A stretch of 64,000 nucleotides of DNA from an uncultured Prevotella sp. (GTDB taxonomy: Bacteria > Bacteroidota > Bacteroidia > Bacteroidales > Bacteroidaceae), in the NCBI GenBank assembly GCA_900540375.1, contig UQFS01000014.1, positions 17,863 through 81,862 on the forward strand, read 5' to 3'. The notes under the pieces are model-generated. The model saw only the letters and a list, made by a program, of their open reading frames with translations. It was not told the origin of the DNA and ran no database searches. The position numbers and the translations under genes were made by a program. Every line of letters begins with the position of its first letter. The stretch's first letter is position 1. Positions 51,401 to 57,419 of the stretch are shown here, in pieces.

Positions 51401-53354
51401 GCACCACGTAGAGGTGATGCTCAACGGAAAGAAATATGTACTCTATATCAACGGCAACCCCCGTGCAGCACAGGCACTTAACGGCACGAGGGCAAAGAGG
51501 GCACAAGAACACAGCACCACTGCAAAGCTTGATGATATAGCCAAGAACTTTGAGGATATGCACAACTGGATTGGAAGAAGGCTTGCATCCCTTACACGAA
51601 TGCTTGCCCATGGCCAAAGATGGATGGGCGCACGCTTCACCAGCAAGAACCCGGCGTTCATTCTCAGTAATGCTATGCGAGACGTGGATATGGCACTTGC
51701 CTCTACCGCCATAAAGGAAAGCCCGATGTACGCCTTGCGTTTCCGCCTGAACTTAGCAAGACTTGTGGGACCGGTGCGCATGCTTGGATTGAAGCACTGG
51801 TATGAGAACTACCGTGCAGCAGGCGGCAATAGTGCAGGACTGACAGGCTTGAAGAAATACTTCTATGAGTTCAATGCTGGTGGCGCACGTACAGGCTTCA
51901 CGTCGCTAAAGGATATCAAAGATTACAAGAAAGAAATTGAGAAGATGGTCAAGCAGTCGCAACAGTCGGTTGTCAATCCAAGACGATGGCTTCGTGTACT
52001 TGGCGATGGTTTCGAGTTTGCCAACAGCGCTGTTGAAGACATGACACGTTTCGCTACGTTCATGGCTTCAAGGCAAAGCGGACGCACAGTGAGGGAAAGC
52101 GTAACAGACGCAAAGAACATCACGCTGAACTTCAACCGAAAGGGCAGCGGAGAAATGGGCAACGCCACAATCAGGGAGATGCAGATATTCGTCAACCCTG
52201 CCATTCAATCATTGCAAACGATAGCCAGTCTGGCTACGCACCACCCTGTCAAATTCTCTGCTTACACAGCATTGAGAGTCTTGATAGGTATCGGTACGCC
52301 TTTCGCTACGTCACTCCTTTGGAGCATCTTCGGTGGTGGTAACGGTGATGATGACGACTGGAACGCAGAGGATGAATACTGGAAGCTGCCTACATGGACA
52401 CGCCGTTCTAACTTCGTGTGCTGGATACCGGGGACTCACAAATTTCTGATGATACCACTGGCTCAGGAGTTCCGTGTCATGAACGGCTTTGGCGAGACAA
52501 TTGCAAGTGCCATGACAGGTAACAGCGACGAGAACCCTGCATTGGAGATGTTAAGTCAGACATCAGGTCTGCTTCCTATAGACTTCACAGGTAACGGCAA
52601 CAATCCGTTTATCACCCTTTCGCCGACCATCATACAACCGCTGATGCAGATTCGCTTCAATACAGATTTCACTGGCAGACCAATATACAAGGACAGCGAG
52701 TGGAACAAATACGAGCCGGCATCGCAGAAGGCATATATCGGCACTCCGGGCGAGCTTGTAGACTGGTCGGCTAAGATAAACAATCATACGGGCGGTAACG
52801 AGCACAAGCAAGGCTGGTGGGAGCGGACGCTTGCTGGCAAGTATGCCAACAACCCTGCCATTGTTGACCATTTTCTGAAGGGCTATTACGGAGGATTATA
52901 CTCGTTCATTGCGCAGCTCGGAGGTCTCGCCTTCCATGCTTACAACGGTGAGTCTCCGGACGTGCAGGAAATACCAATGGCAAACCGCCTAGTCACTGCG
53001 CCTAGGGAAAAGTTGCAGAACGGCAAGATGAAGATGCCTGTCTGGTATTATGATATGCTGGACGACAACAAGCGCTACATGGACGAGGTGAACGGCTACC
53101 GCAAGGACATGCTTGCCAATAAGCCGGGAGCCGAGAAGCACTTCATGGAAATGACCAAGACGGACGAGTTCATGAAGCAGCAACAGGTCAATGCGCTGAT
53201 GAACGGTATCAACCAGATACGAGCGGCAATGCCTACCGTGGAAAATTCTCAAAATGACGAGGACGCCAAGACCAAGCAAGAGCTTGAGGGCGGTATAAAG
53301 GAGATACTCTCAGAACTTGAAAAGATAAGGAAAACGGGTAAGCCGTTGGAGTAA
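36471..53354 (+). CDS. Giant polyvalent protein (5,627 aa) with ParB-like, pyrophosphatase-like, N6-adenine methyltransferase, SNF2-family helicase and HExxH zincin modules
   Basis: One uninterrupted 16,884-nt ORF. It contains ParB-like ...VIQGNNRSDAL, PPase-like YGYIKGTEGVDGDHIDV, MTase LLEPSAGNGALT ... VATNPPFG, helicase GDMTGVGKGRQ / LDESHTV / LSATF / GSTGISLHA / QMRGRIDRTGQ, and zincin LLHEGVAHYG. Only short antisense ORFs overlap it. Confidence 0.85.
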   Translation: MPLDKGKLQKLYSTLQQGGYSQSYDEFEKGFTGNDNYPNRKKVYDLLTEHGANIGKTYEDFMGKMQAPPQPSQPQHQNTPAPAPKPQPKPKGGGMTAAERAQFIRNAQGIVHQSAAGLQRAKNQMDYANSNRGLKVDPVHLGQNAKVVRRHVNGTVAKPRPVFDVAPEQQPGDTYLTESGNEFASRAEADTEQNAVDQYRYDQSETGQLNNAYAEAERLDKLLEQHGKELDDENRDKWWRDLPRGGGGAVSTMNANDNNGRMTDTEYLNLLAARKKVDEQIRDLKAARDEKTGTFLGGLWRGFRDYAFDPSNWDNGYSDLLTTSAMLRAKTGAAQTPREKASERMMMEDTYKAGVAAQQAEKVLGNGYRFMRICAQSLPFALQFMAGNATGMIGGLTRAGEGMGVKLARKIAIKQGANNMMRNIGRSVLKNTGVALGDLGAATALSNTIQAAQTWADIGHRYAGDVTYDPKTGDYKLEGGKSLGRSIYEGEANSIIENYTEQLGEHMHLGKFASSALTKMGLGRVSNWFTKVGKSEFMQGVNKYMKMASFNGYPQEVMEEEVGIPLHAIFDGGNKMSDLLDGRQQLDIVGGMLFSMAGMGGASMVMQGGHKAAMAVQYHQDQHKLDNADKVASFRLTADKWAPIKEEIDGTTNEDFGKVMKDVLSNDELSDQEKQAVWDYAQRLVIMRGHNMGQEAATRNGMTDKETNAANESYTQGYNTTDATAMNDAKNRLAAAQQKFDEYMEQTGRERWEGEPSMQDIQHRHRDAQSLLNDKWADGTPVYNENDEEYKLAQAVVNAQQEYEGMMQRVRDDIDDEVQQTGAIYDSRTNDQGVIQSATLKAQNPDGTDKKVYITSGNVVMTDDGKSVDNQKSDMSIVVVDEDGKVQMISPDELFSLDTPIDGAQAKQQAIDAIQQSKAQEAADKINGKVNLTAGNTYTLTDNTGQQIEATIVADGQTGAVQNPDGTVNVSMNGKVVAMDVNTLQQMVDNTNMQRTAQGDEEGGQEQPTEQKGDQGILDQGGNVVDLSNIGESEEGGGTVVQGDEDSGAVPTYPGGVVAPDMSEPHQWQVDDTFTIDNGGMPIRGQVTGVGEDGVEIYTESPVNGKKMQVVSPEELQSMTTEINGETVQAPQDEAAAEQRPTEPSPTEQSGVNGVNGEQAQEQAPQTQEQAQPQQADGEQPARAIDRIPSQQIDDGKGNVRTVHSWEQAEPGDTYDALTEIYHGNADRVKKGIDNRVGKIDKAIKGVHKQMDAIDNSDDFDEVAAQSEQYDQLQQQKDELEKQKKYWQGVQMVPRNRKMDADRRSAEEQAAAKAAQEKAEAEAAEKARQEREQVNGVPNVVNDIPADARKRGFRNVNGMVVNRQGETQGVSGRESNVKFSSTDTAKGHIKVIDADELQPSHVSGQRNPSFFIDEAQPKDRTDTVSGMAAAKIAADLNPEEITGDGSAYQFSAPTVNSRGEVIQGNNRSDALKLMYSNPAFKPAQDAYKQYIADHAEEFGFTPEDVAKIQQMEHPVMVNELDVPDDEAIRLGQMRASDNESGGIERIDPVTTSQKLDGKVSSFANVLLSSPDEDASLSDVLMQNGAKAVNWLATQGAISDTAAQSAFDKKGNLTPEARMDLQNILKQSLFQGGVSDLPTMFDKMPAKAQKAILSTFMRDFDSAESERILPEIQRAIEAWYDCAMSNEAFAKASNYKGAKNAMHDWERQTNMLDDNMPSDKFSNFARELACRLQGCSMRETQQSLNDFFDLVQGKSQGDLFGGTTMGEQADRQESIRRIFNIEYKPISNGKTRSNAVADNSSQSGEGRQGSPTDGKGRERAESGSGSANGAGGTESHDEEGIKATHVDTYGHGSRTIYKNLKTGKVTVIFGEGDKANRNGGKYNVRTAAEQQPTEPSGDSSHRNDSSHSIGSTSSSEKKETERQGVNTEPTEKQKEAGNYKKGHIKVDGYDITIENPKGSTRSDKDASGKAWSVPMHYDYGYIKGTEGVDGDHIDVYLSDNPTSGNVYVIDQIDQKTGKFDEHKVMYGFPSKEAAVEAYKGQYEKGWKVGTVTEVSREDFKKWVESSKRKTKPFGEYKSVKEAAVERQPTQPSASTERTEQKQKRTTTKGKTEKNFVIEIQNAIEDDAAYGKYDHKLTMSDIKKMAQKYDLLKDYKDTDMQELVERAMTLATRQVAQADINKDEQTKKAGFDEVVRLYQSQPSLNARDTSRVAHQQYSTPTPFGYVMDMFMMGGDKKPLKLLEPSAGNGALTIGIPAPLWHVNDIDERRLMNLRTMPYGRITNQDGTMPFEPKAYDAVATNPPFGSTQEKEFDGGRTKITSLEGLMAINALASMKDDGRAAIIIGGNTQYMSNGAMQAKDMKLFKHLYTHYNVVDVINLDGDMYKRNGTGYNVRMILIAGRKTDVGDNPEKFTFPPVKKKARAEQVKTFDELYKRVEDDIQQAKQMEREPSAAVNSDGSQPVNSTSERTGNSEAAGGVQQQPVRAGEMERRPQPGRSVRPSSAQDGRGNGERGQHGSADRLDNADGRDAGSNNTVQGNRPTQGQSSERREVGSTGRGTVGGNQRGGTSERNNTTGERPAITKNAEAQPQRTEPRAPQAPRQKVELGQEKVAYPNKSQSMTLQSRVPAAQAEAIAENLDKLGDVDEMVRSELGYSSKDELYSHLAAEQIDSVALAINQMKHGKGFIIGDMTGVGKGRQGAALIRWAIKQGKTPIYFTQKARLYTDNYRDMCDIGSNGLRPFLIASNDDGNIVENVVDENGKKVYDKNGEPVTRVVYGLPKPKERERVYDYILQNGKLPPEYDYVLVTYSQIQSGTKTYEIGKNGEIEVKDKKYKGKTPGADKNGDIRRDVLETLAKDNYVFLDESHTVGSQSSSGLYMQDLLKGAEGVTYLSATFAKRPDNMPLYAMKTAMSESGLSQKDMIDAIQNGGVTLQEIMSKQLVQSGQMIRRERDFTGVSIDWEGVDEETDKQQRAQFDEVAKIYNAIREFQDNYVDPSIEKMSEDMAEEGMFSKKTQGTSHMGVNNVPFASKMYNLVNQLLFSLKANAVADKAIECLKKGEKPVISFNNTMEGFLDDMPRNTPMPELPNFSLTLMRALEGTLRYTEGEVGNKDNQVNKTLNINDLGDEAVAKYNEIRKTILNLSIGLPIDPMDAIKMRIEAAGYKVGEITGRKSEMVMDAEGNYIVQSRSSKEMDGKAAASAFNSASGKNGGLDVLLINKSGSTGISLHASSKFSDQSPRVMIAAQFQSDINDEVQMRGRIDRTGQVHRGRYIYLVSSIPAEQRLQMMFKNKLKSLDANTTSSQKSKFNEMEVTDFMNKYGDEVTWSYMMEHPDLEDRLGDPLDMLSDESKKSNRRGGDEENNPNSGCAGKILRRLPFLSVKEQEQIFNDLADAYKVKMQILNDAGENDLEITTMPLRAETKSRKVWKQGSDPGSDNAFADNTYLETAEVDVLKKPMKAKEAREYADRLTDGKPWEQWHEEQHEAVEKFYADKAKAVEDKAKAEAQKRINKAREDYIKGCLKARKKGDNNWSDEEISHMADIAAKEAADKEQTKINKRTVSIDAQRNDVLGALDAFTPLEPLIIPLNLKDTSTTVIPSLGTFLGIKFGKGYSRSSSTAVFATLDGRRKIEVPLSDKTSLENIKHQSVMLGYQARGLSMDNWDSKVPTKSRKTAYIVTGNLMQALVDTQKSPETKGQLISYTTIDGDVKQGILMNDRFKEEDLKTSVPISAMLQKIIDGDAVESADKEVKIERGMSYHYNDFKLSVPKSKSRGGKYFLDKKLLRLLDDEFTTSGSNMTAWVSQQNLKKVLDYLSKTLGVTVQVKANLEETADSPHNDEPGTPSEAEEGGVLYREVDDEEAARLDSEPTVKVYRAMQEHDGKLYPPMSGRVKTQVETKKGTLRTKWVWRSPIEIGKWEQSEEYPEMANEDGTFTLDKGNGSTINAAYNPYIHTSRTPINDQFSSAWNRPKLVTVEVEVPVSELTSGYHAEKAKDSTGEVEWKSGPVGREMAAQGNPRMVILSRWDKPVRIVPVDEVADEYAVRLAGTGIKVPFNTVPPALRDALVARGVEISEPEEGNAGKASRPSYEEWLKGNTRRREGSGAYSDEELSLMNDPVAKWLGKSNRTKAQQKAFANRERKSMESAAKELADRLHLDNVNIVMDASTLEGRKARAKGFYDRNTNEITIVIPNHRDIDDVMQTLLHEGVAHYGLRKMFGSHFDMFLDNVYAAADNDVRRRITELALSKYGGDFRVATEEYLASLAEQTDFEHIPETFWQKIKDFFLDMLHAIGFADFADKYDFTLSDNELRYILWRSYENLKEPGRYRSILGEAEDVAKQAELQVGNYAPESLDSSDNRVAEASPKLSSVKNEFGKPFVLSSKGSIDMGFIDKASGLKEAPIRLSEGEDIVDEDGKHHGYGLLHIAAEHEGEIRNASYNSVEEFVEDVASNYNTIREGNVVANNQTYLVELTDKHNNTLYVELSRDGKYWNINSAGVFRKGYSKNKKEVYSRPAIGSSSGTRTAGVNHGVNNSATVTSGNSPLTSNAKIGNNSERGVNNSENVSEPKSWGKQDLMSKAEQISNGIEPDLLFRDTIEDDDNTARETYDRWADQAKEQFREAWQDSMINVRNLQEAVLKQRGEKLEPYEDAYNEENRSHGIGQDKSEYFTDNLYKPLIASVNEAAKKAKVSIGDVTTYMMAKHGLERNEAFAKRDADAAWTKYQEKQKAKFDEYQKAHPNGKQTLADFIKKSYDDFYNDYREKDYSGLTSLTDTDNVQDAEAEAQRIIADMERKTDTKDIWDKVNAATKWTLHQAHESGIISRDNYQSVKDMFKYYIPLRGWNEDTAGDIYDYVGSAKGTAFSPTLAKAKGRKSQADNPIAYIGSMGISAIIQGERNRVKQAFMRFAENHPTNLVMVSEMWYRNFGTDTAPDWREDVPNIPENTSADQVAAIVEQHEKDMKALEAQGLATKRRGRLHLGVPIKPKEATEHHVEVMLNGKKYVLYINGNPRAAQALNGTRAKRAQEHSTTAKLDDIAKNFEDMHNWIGRRLASLTRMLAHGQRWMGARFTSKNPAFILSNAMRDVDMALASTAIKESPMYALRFRLNLARLVGPVRMLGLKHWYENYRAAGGNSAGLTGLKKYFYEFNAGGARTGFTSLKDIKDYKKEIEKMVKQSQQSVVNPRRWLRVLGDGFEFANSAVEDMTRFATFMASRQSGRTVRESVTDAKNITLNFNRKGSGEMGNATIREMQIFVNPAIQSLQTIASLATHHPVKFSAYTALRVLIGIGTPFATSLLWSIFGGGNGDDDDWNAEDEYWKLPTWTRRSNFVCWIPGTHKFLMIPLAQEFRVMNGFGETIASAMTGNSDENPALEMLSQTSGLLPIDFTGNGNNPFITLSPTIIQPLMQIRFNTDFTGRPIYKDSEWNKYEPASQKAYIGTPGELVDWSAKINNHTGGNEHKQGWWERTLAGKYANNPAIVDHFLKGYYGGLYSFIAQLGGLAFHAYNGESPDVQEIPMANRLVTAPREKLQNGKMKMPVWYYDMLDDNKRYMDEVNGYRKDMLANKPGAEKHFMEMTKTDEFMKQQQVNALMNGINQIRAAMPTVENSQNDEDAKTKQELEGGIKEILSELEKIRKTGKPLE

Positions 53355-53360
53355 TGAGAA

Positions 53361-53393
53361 AAGGGGACGTACCGAATTGCCGGTGCGCCCCTT
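53361..53393. terminator. Bidirectional terminator hairpin between the convergent giant gene and the 53410-53739 gene
   Basis: The stem aagggg...cccctt (aaggggacgtaccg aattgcc ggtgcgcccctt) lies between two convergent stops. Confidence 0.4.
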
Positions 53394-53409
53394 CGTTAGA
53401 ACTATTCCA

Positions 53410-53739
53410 TTAAACGTACATCTCGCACTGCTTCACCCGTGCGGTCTTAGGCGTGCCGTGGTCTTTTCCCCAATAGGAATTGAAGAAGTCGTTCATGCGC
53501 TCAGGCGAAATCTCCATCTGCTGGAGAAGGAGGTTGCAATAGAAGAGGCTGTCGGAGTCGGCTGTAATCTGGTCGCCGTCGAGCAGATAACCCAAGCAGT
53601 CGCATAGGGCGAGCTTGATACGCTGCACTTCTTCCATGTCAGGCATGTTGCTTTCGAACACGATTGCGACGTGTTCCTTTCCGTCTACCTTGATTTTCGT
53701 CATCATAATACAGATAATTTTGAACTTAAAAACGCGCAC
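53410..53739 (-). CDS. Hypothetical small protein; the likely start is the internal Met at about 53703
   Basis: 109 aa ORF convergent with the giant gene. No motif recognised. Confidence 0.3.
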   Translation of the reverse strand: MRVFKFKIICIMMTKIKVDGKEHVAIVFESNMPDMEEVQRIKLALCDCLGYLLDGDQITADSDSLFYCNLLLQQMEISPERMNDFFNSYWGKDHGTPKTARVKQCEMYV

Positions 53740-54055
53740 CGCTACCCTTTGTTCAACGCCATCTGTGAGGGCGCGGCAATGCCATTACGACAATGTCAAG
53801 GGGCGGCACGCGCTATAATGCGTGTTGATGCTCATGATTTACGGACATAAAAACGCCCTACCATGAAGATATGGCAGAGCTTCCTAAACATCCGCCACAG
53901 ATTATTTTGAACATTGGCAAAGATAGTCTTTTTTGGCGACACGGACAAGGAAAGGAATGAAAATTTATGGTTTGTTAAGGTTTGATTATGGTTTGGATTG
54001 TTGTTAAAATTGTGAATTAGTGTGAATAACATTTGTCGGAAATAGAAATTTTACC

Positions 54056-54063
54056 TAATTTTG
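54056..54063 (+). promoter_or_regulatory. -7 promoter element TAatTTTG upstream of the NYN-domain gene
   Basis: A TAnnTTTG match lies about 90 nt upstream of the ATG at 54152. Confidence 0.35.
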
Positions 54064-54151
54064 CACTACAAGATTATGCTCATGGCAACGTTCACCCGAA
54101 AGCCGCCTCCAAGCCGCTTGTCTTGATAATGGGTGAGCCTACCCATGAGCG

Positions 54152-54856
54152 TTGTTTTTTACAAATACCCGTATGAGAAATAAAGACTATCCTCCCGTGA
54201 AGGTTGCCGTGATGATAGACGGCGGATTTTTCGTGAAGCGTTTCAACGCATTGTACAACAAAGACAAGAAATATGACGGAGCTAAAGTAGCCGATTTATT
54301 ATACACAATGGCGATGCGTCACGTTGGTGAACGAAATACGCTTTATCGCATTTTCTACTATGACTGCTACCCGTTAGACAAGAAGTACAACCATCCACTT
54401 ACGCATCGTGCAATTGACTTCAGTAAAACTCCAGAGTATCGATTCAAAACGGAGCTGATAGATGCCTTGAAACGTAAGCGAAAAGTTGCTCTCCGTATGG
54501 GAACATTAAAGGACAATCACAACTGGCTTATCAGACCACGTGCAGTAAAGGAACTATTGTCAGGCAAGATGAAATTAAGTGACTTGTCTGAGGGCGACGT
54601 TTACCTTGACATCAAGCAGAAAGCCATTGACATGAAGATAGGAGTTGACATTGCGTCGCTTGCCTTGAAAGGCTTCGTCGACACCATAGTCCTCTTTTCC
54701 GGTGACTCAGACTTTGTGCCTGCCTCAAAGCTGGCAAGGCGCGAAGGCATGGATTTTATACTAGACCCGATGCGTGGCAATGTTGAGCCTCAGCTTTTCG
54801 AGCATATCGACGGTATGAAGAGTTGTTCTCCTTTCGGCTTCAAGGAACACAAATAA
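54152..54856 (+). CDS. NYN-domain (LabA/PIN-like) nuclease
   Basis: 234 aa. The NYN signature is VAVMIDGGFF ... GVDIASLALKGFVDTIVLFSGDSDFVPASKLARREG, with conserved Asp residues. Confidence 0.65.
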   Translation: MFFTNTRMRNKDYPPVKVAVMIDGGFFVKRFNALYNKDKKYDGAKVADLLYTMAMRHVGERNTLYRIFYYDCYPLDKKYNHPLTHRAIDFSKTPEYRFKTELIDALKRKRKVALRMGTLKDNHNWLIRPRAVKELLSGKMKLSDLSEGDVYLDIKQKAIDMKIGVDIASLALKGFVDTIVLFSGDSDFVPASKLARREGMDFILDPMRGNVEPQLFEHIDGMKSCSPFGFKEHK

Positions 54857-55034
54857 ATAAAAGAACCTTACCTTTCACATTTTTATGGCAGTCCTGCAAG
54901 CAAATGTAGTGCTGCCTTTTACTTTATACCATCTTCACAAATTGCGCCGCATGGGCAAGCCCGTACGGACGTATAAACTTAAACGGCAGGGATAGTCGCA
55001 AAAGCCTATCTTTGCCTTTATATATGTAAATGAT

Positions 55035-57089
55035 ATGCTGACAATAGGAACAAAGAAAGCACAGGCAAATGTCGAGAACGGCGTACCGCACGTGAAGTTG
55101 GGAAGGCGCAAGCGTAACAGCTTGCACCCGATGAGCCGTGTTCGTGGCGATGATGCACTCGACTTGGACAGTATCAAGAGAGAGGTGCACAACCGCACTA
55201 ACCGCCGAGCCTATGACGTGCTGATGGAAGCCAACTACTATTGGAACCAGATGAGCGACTTCCGCCGCGAACGAGAGCGCAACAAACGCTATACCTACGG
55301 TTACCAGTGGGACGACATCGTTACGGTGAATGAAGATGGCTGCATCAAGAAAATGACCGAGGGCGAGTACATCAAGAAGCAGGGCAACGTACCGCTTAAG
55401 AACAATATGATACGCAGGCTTGTGAGGAATGTTGTCGGCGTTTTCCGCAGCCAGTCGAAAGAGCCTACCTGCACGGCACGAGACAGAGACGAGCAGAAGC
55501 TTGGCGAGACGATGAGCACTATCCTTCAATGCAACCGCCAGCTGAACCGCATGAGCGAGGTTGACGCACGCACGATGGAAGAGTTTCTTATTAGCGGCTT
55601 CATTGTTCATCGCAAGAGCTACGGCTGGCGTAACGGCAAGGAAGACTGTTGGACGGACTATGTGCAGCCCAACAATTTCTTCATCGACAACAACATGCGC
55701 GACTTCCGCGGTTGGGACGTAAGCTGTCTTGGTGAGGTGCATGACATCAGCTTCGGGGAGCTGTGCGAACAGTTTGCCCAAAGCCCTGAGGACTATCAGA
55801 AGCTGAAAGACATCTACGCCTATGCCATGGACAAGCAAGTTATCTCCACTACCATGGCCAGCTTCGGTTACAGCAACAACAACGATACCGACTTCCTTGT
55901 TCCGAGGGACTACGGTCGTTGCAGGGTTATCGAGGTGTGGCGGAAGGAGCAGAAGCCGAGATACCGCTGCCACGACTATCAGAACGGTGACATCTTCAAA
56001 ATCAATGTCGAGGACTACAACTACTATGTTACTCAGGTGAACAAGGAGCGCATGGAACTTGGCAGAGCCAACGGCATGGAGGATGATGAAATGCCGCTTG
56101 TTGAAGCGGAGTGGTTCATGGACGACTACTGGTACTTCTACTACCTCAGTCCGTTTGGCGACATACTGAAAGAGGGTGAGACCCCGTTTGAGCACGGCAG
56201 TCACCCGTATGTATTCAAGGCTTATCCGTTCATTGACGGAGAAATTCACTCTTTTGTCGCCGACGTTATCGACCAGCAGCGCTACACGAACCGCCTCATC
56301 ACCCTTTACGACTGGGTAATCAGAGCCACCGCCAAGGGAGTTCTGCTCATACCTGAGGACTGTCTTGGCGACCACGACCCACAAGAGTTTGCCGACGCAT
56401 GGACACAGGTCAACGGCGTTATCGTTTTCAAGCCGAGCAAGAGCGGTCAGTTGCCCACTCAGATAGCCGCTAACGCCACGAACATCGGCATTGGTGAGTT
56501 GCTGAACTTGCAGTTGAAGTTCTTTGAGGACATCAGCGGCGTTAACGGCGCATTGCAAGGCAAGCCCGGCTATTCGGGCACGTCTGCAGCCCTCTACAAC
56601 CAGCAGACACAGAATGCCACGACGAGCCTTTTGGACTTGTTAGAGGCGTTCAGCTATTTTGTCAGGGACGGCGCCTACAAGGACGTAAAGAACATGCAGC
56701 AGTTCTATGATACCAAGCGCGTGTTCAACATTGCCGGTAAGGCAGGTTCCCAGATTGTCTATGACCCGAAGAAGATACGTGATGTTGACTTCGACCTGAA
56801 TATCAGCGAGAGCACTACGACCCCGGCCTACCGTCAGATAGCCAATGACTTCCTGATGCAGTTGTGGCAGAGTCAAGCCATCAGCGTAGAGCAGCTGTTG
56901 CAGTATGGCGACTTCCCGTTTGCCGACGATTTGCTACAGAGCATACAGAGCCAGAAGGAGCAGGTCAAACAAGGCGGCATTCCGGATGGTGTCAGTCCTC
57001 AGATTATGCAGCAGGCACAGGCACAAGCCGACCCGAAGGCGATGCAGATGCTTGGGCAGTATATGGGTAACGGCAGGCAAGAGGGATAG
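55035..57089 (+). CDS. Putative phage portal protein
   Basis: 684 aa. It lies next to, and divergent from, the large terminase gene and upstream of scaffold/capsid-like genes. Assigned by size and position only; no definitive motif. Confidence 0.4.
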   Translation: MLTIGTKKAQANVENGVPHVKLGRRKRNSLHPMSRVRGDDALDLDSIKREVHNRTNRRAYDVLMEANYYWNQMSDFRRERERNKRYTYGYQWDDIVTVNEDGCIKKMTEGEYIKKQGNVPLKNNMIRRLVRNVVGVFRSQSKEPTCTARDRDEQKLGETMSTILQCNRQLNRMSEVDARTMEEFLISGFIVHRKSYGWRNGKEDCWTDYVQPNNFFIDNNMRDFRGWDVSCLGEVHDISFGELCEQFAQSPEDYQKLKDIYAYAMDKQVISTTMASFGYSNNNDTDFLVPRDYGRCRVIEVWRKEQKPRYRCHDYQNGDIFKINVEDYNYYVTQVNKERMELGRANGMEDDEMPLVEAEWFMDDYWYFYYLSPFGDILKEGETPFEHGSHPYVFKAYPFIDGEIHSFVADVIDQQRYTNRLITLYDWVIRATAKGVLLIPEDCLGDHDPQEFADAWTQVNGVIVFKPSKSGQLPTQIAANATNIGIGELLNLQLKFFEDISGVNGALQGKPGYSGTSAALYNQQTQNATTSLLDLLEAFSYFVRDGAYKDVKNMQQFYDTKRVFNIAGKAGSQIVYDPKKIRDVDFDLNISESTTTPAYRQIANDFLMQLWQSQAISVEQLLQYGDFPFADDLLQSIQSQKEQVKQGGIPDGVSPQIMQQAQAQADPKAMQMLGQYMGNGRQEG

Positions 57090-57419
57090 GGAGCCGCTGC
57101 TTTGCAGCGGCGAACCGAACAGAACCAAGCACGCCGCCTTGTAAGGCGGCGCACGGAACGGAGCTACAGGCAGTGGCGTAGTGAACAGACCGGAGAACAA
57201 GGAAGACAATGCGTTTTTACCATAGGATTGCGTAATGAATAGTAATAATGTTTTTAGTTGGAAGTTTAGTCATTAAGGTTGAATTAGGTTAGTTTCTTTA
57301 TTAGTAAAAGGTTGTTTTTAGGAGTAAAGACGGAATGCGAGGGACTTGTGAGAAGCCTCTCGCATTTTTTGTTATTAAATATACTGTTATGGCGATGTTC
57401 GCATTGTACAGAAATGCCG

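Noticed and set aside
36531-53279. About 60 minus-strand and out-of-frame ORFs of 60-325 aa overlapping the giant gene, for example 39657-40634 (325 aa) and 44694-45518 (274 aa)
   Set aside because: All lie within one uninterrupted 16.9 kb plus-strand frame with recognisable catalytic motifs. The overlapping frames are Leu/Val/Ala/Cys-rich low-information translations typical of antisense strands.
54924-56558. 544 aa minus-strand ORF opposite the portal-like gene
   Set aside because: Its composition (Val/Leu/Ala-rich, no motifs) and position antisense to a 684 aa gene that fits the head-module order make it a shadow ORF.
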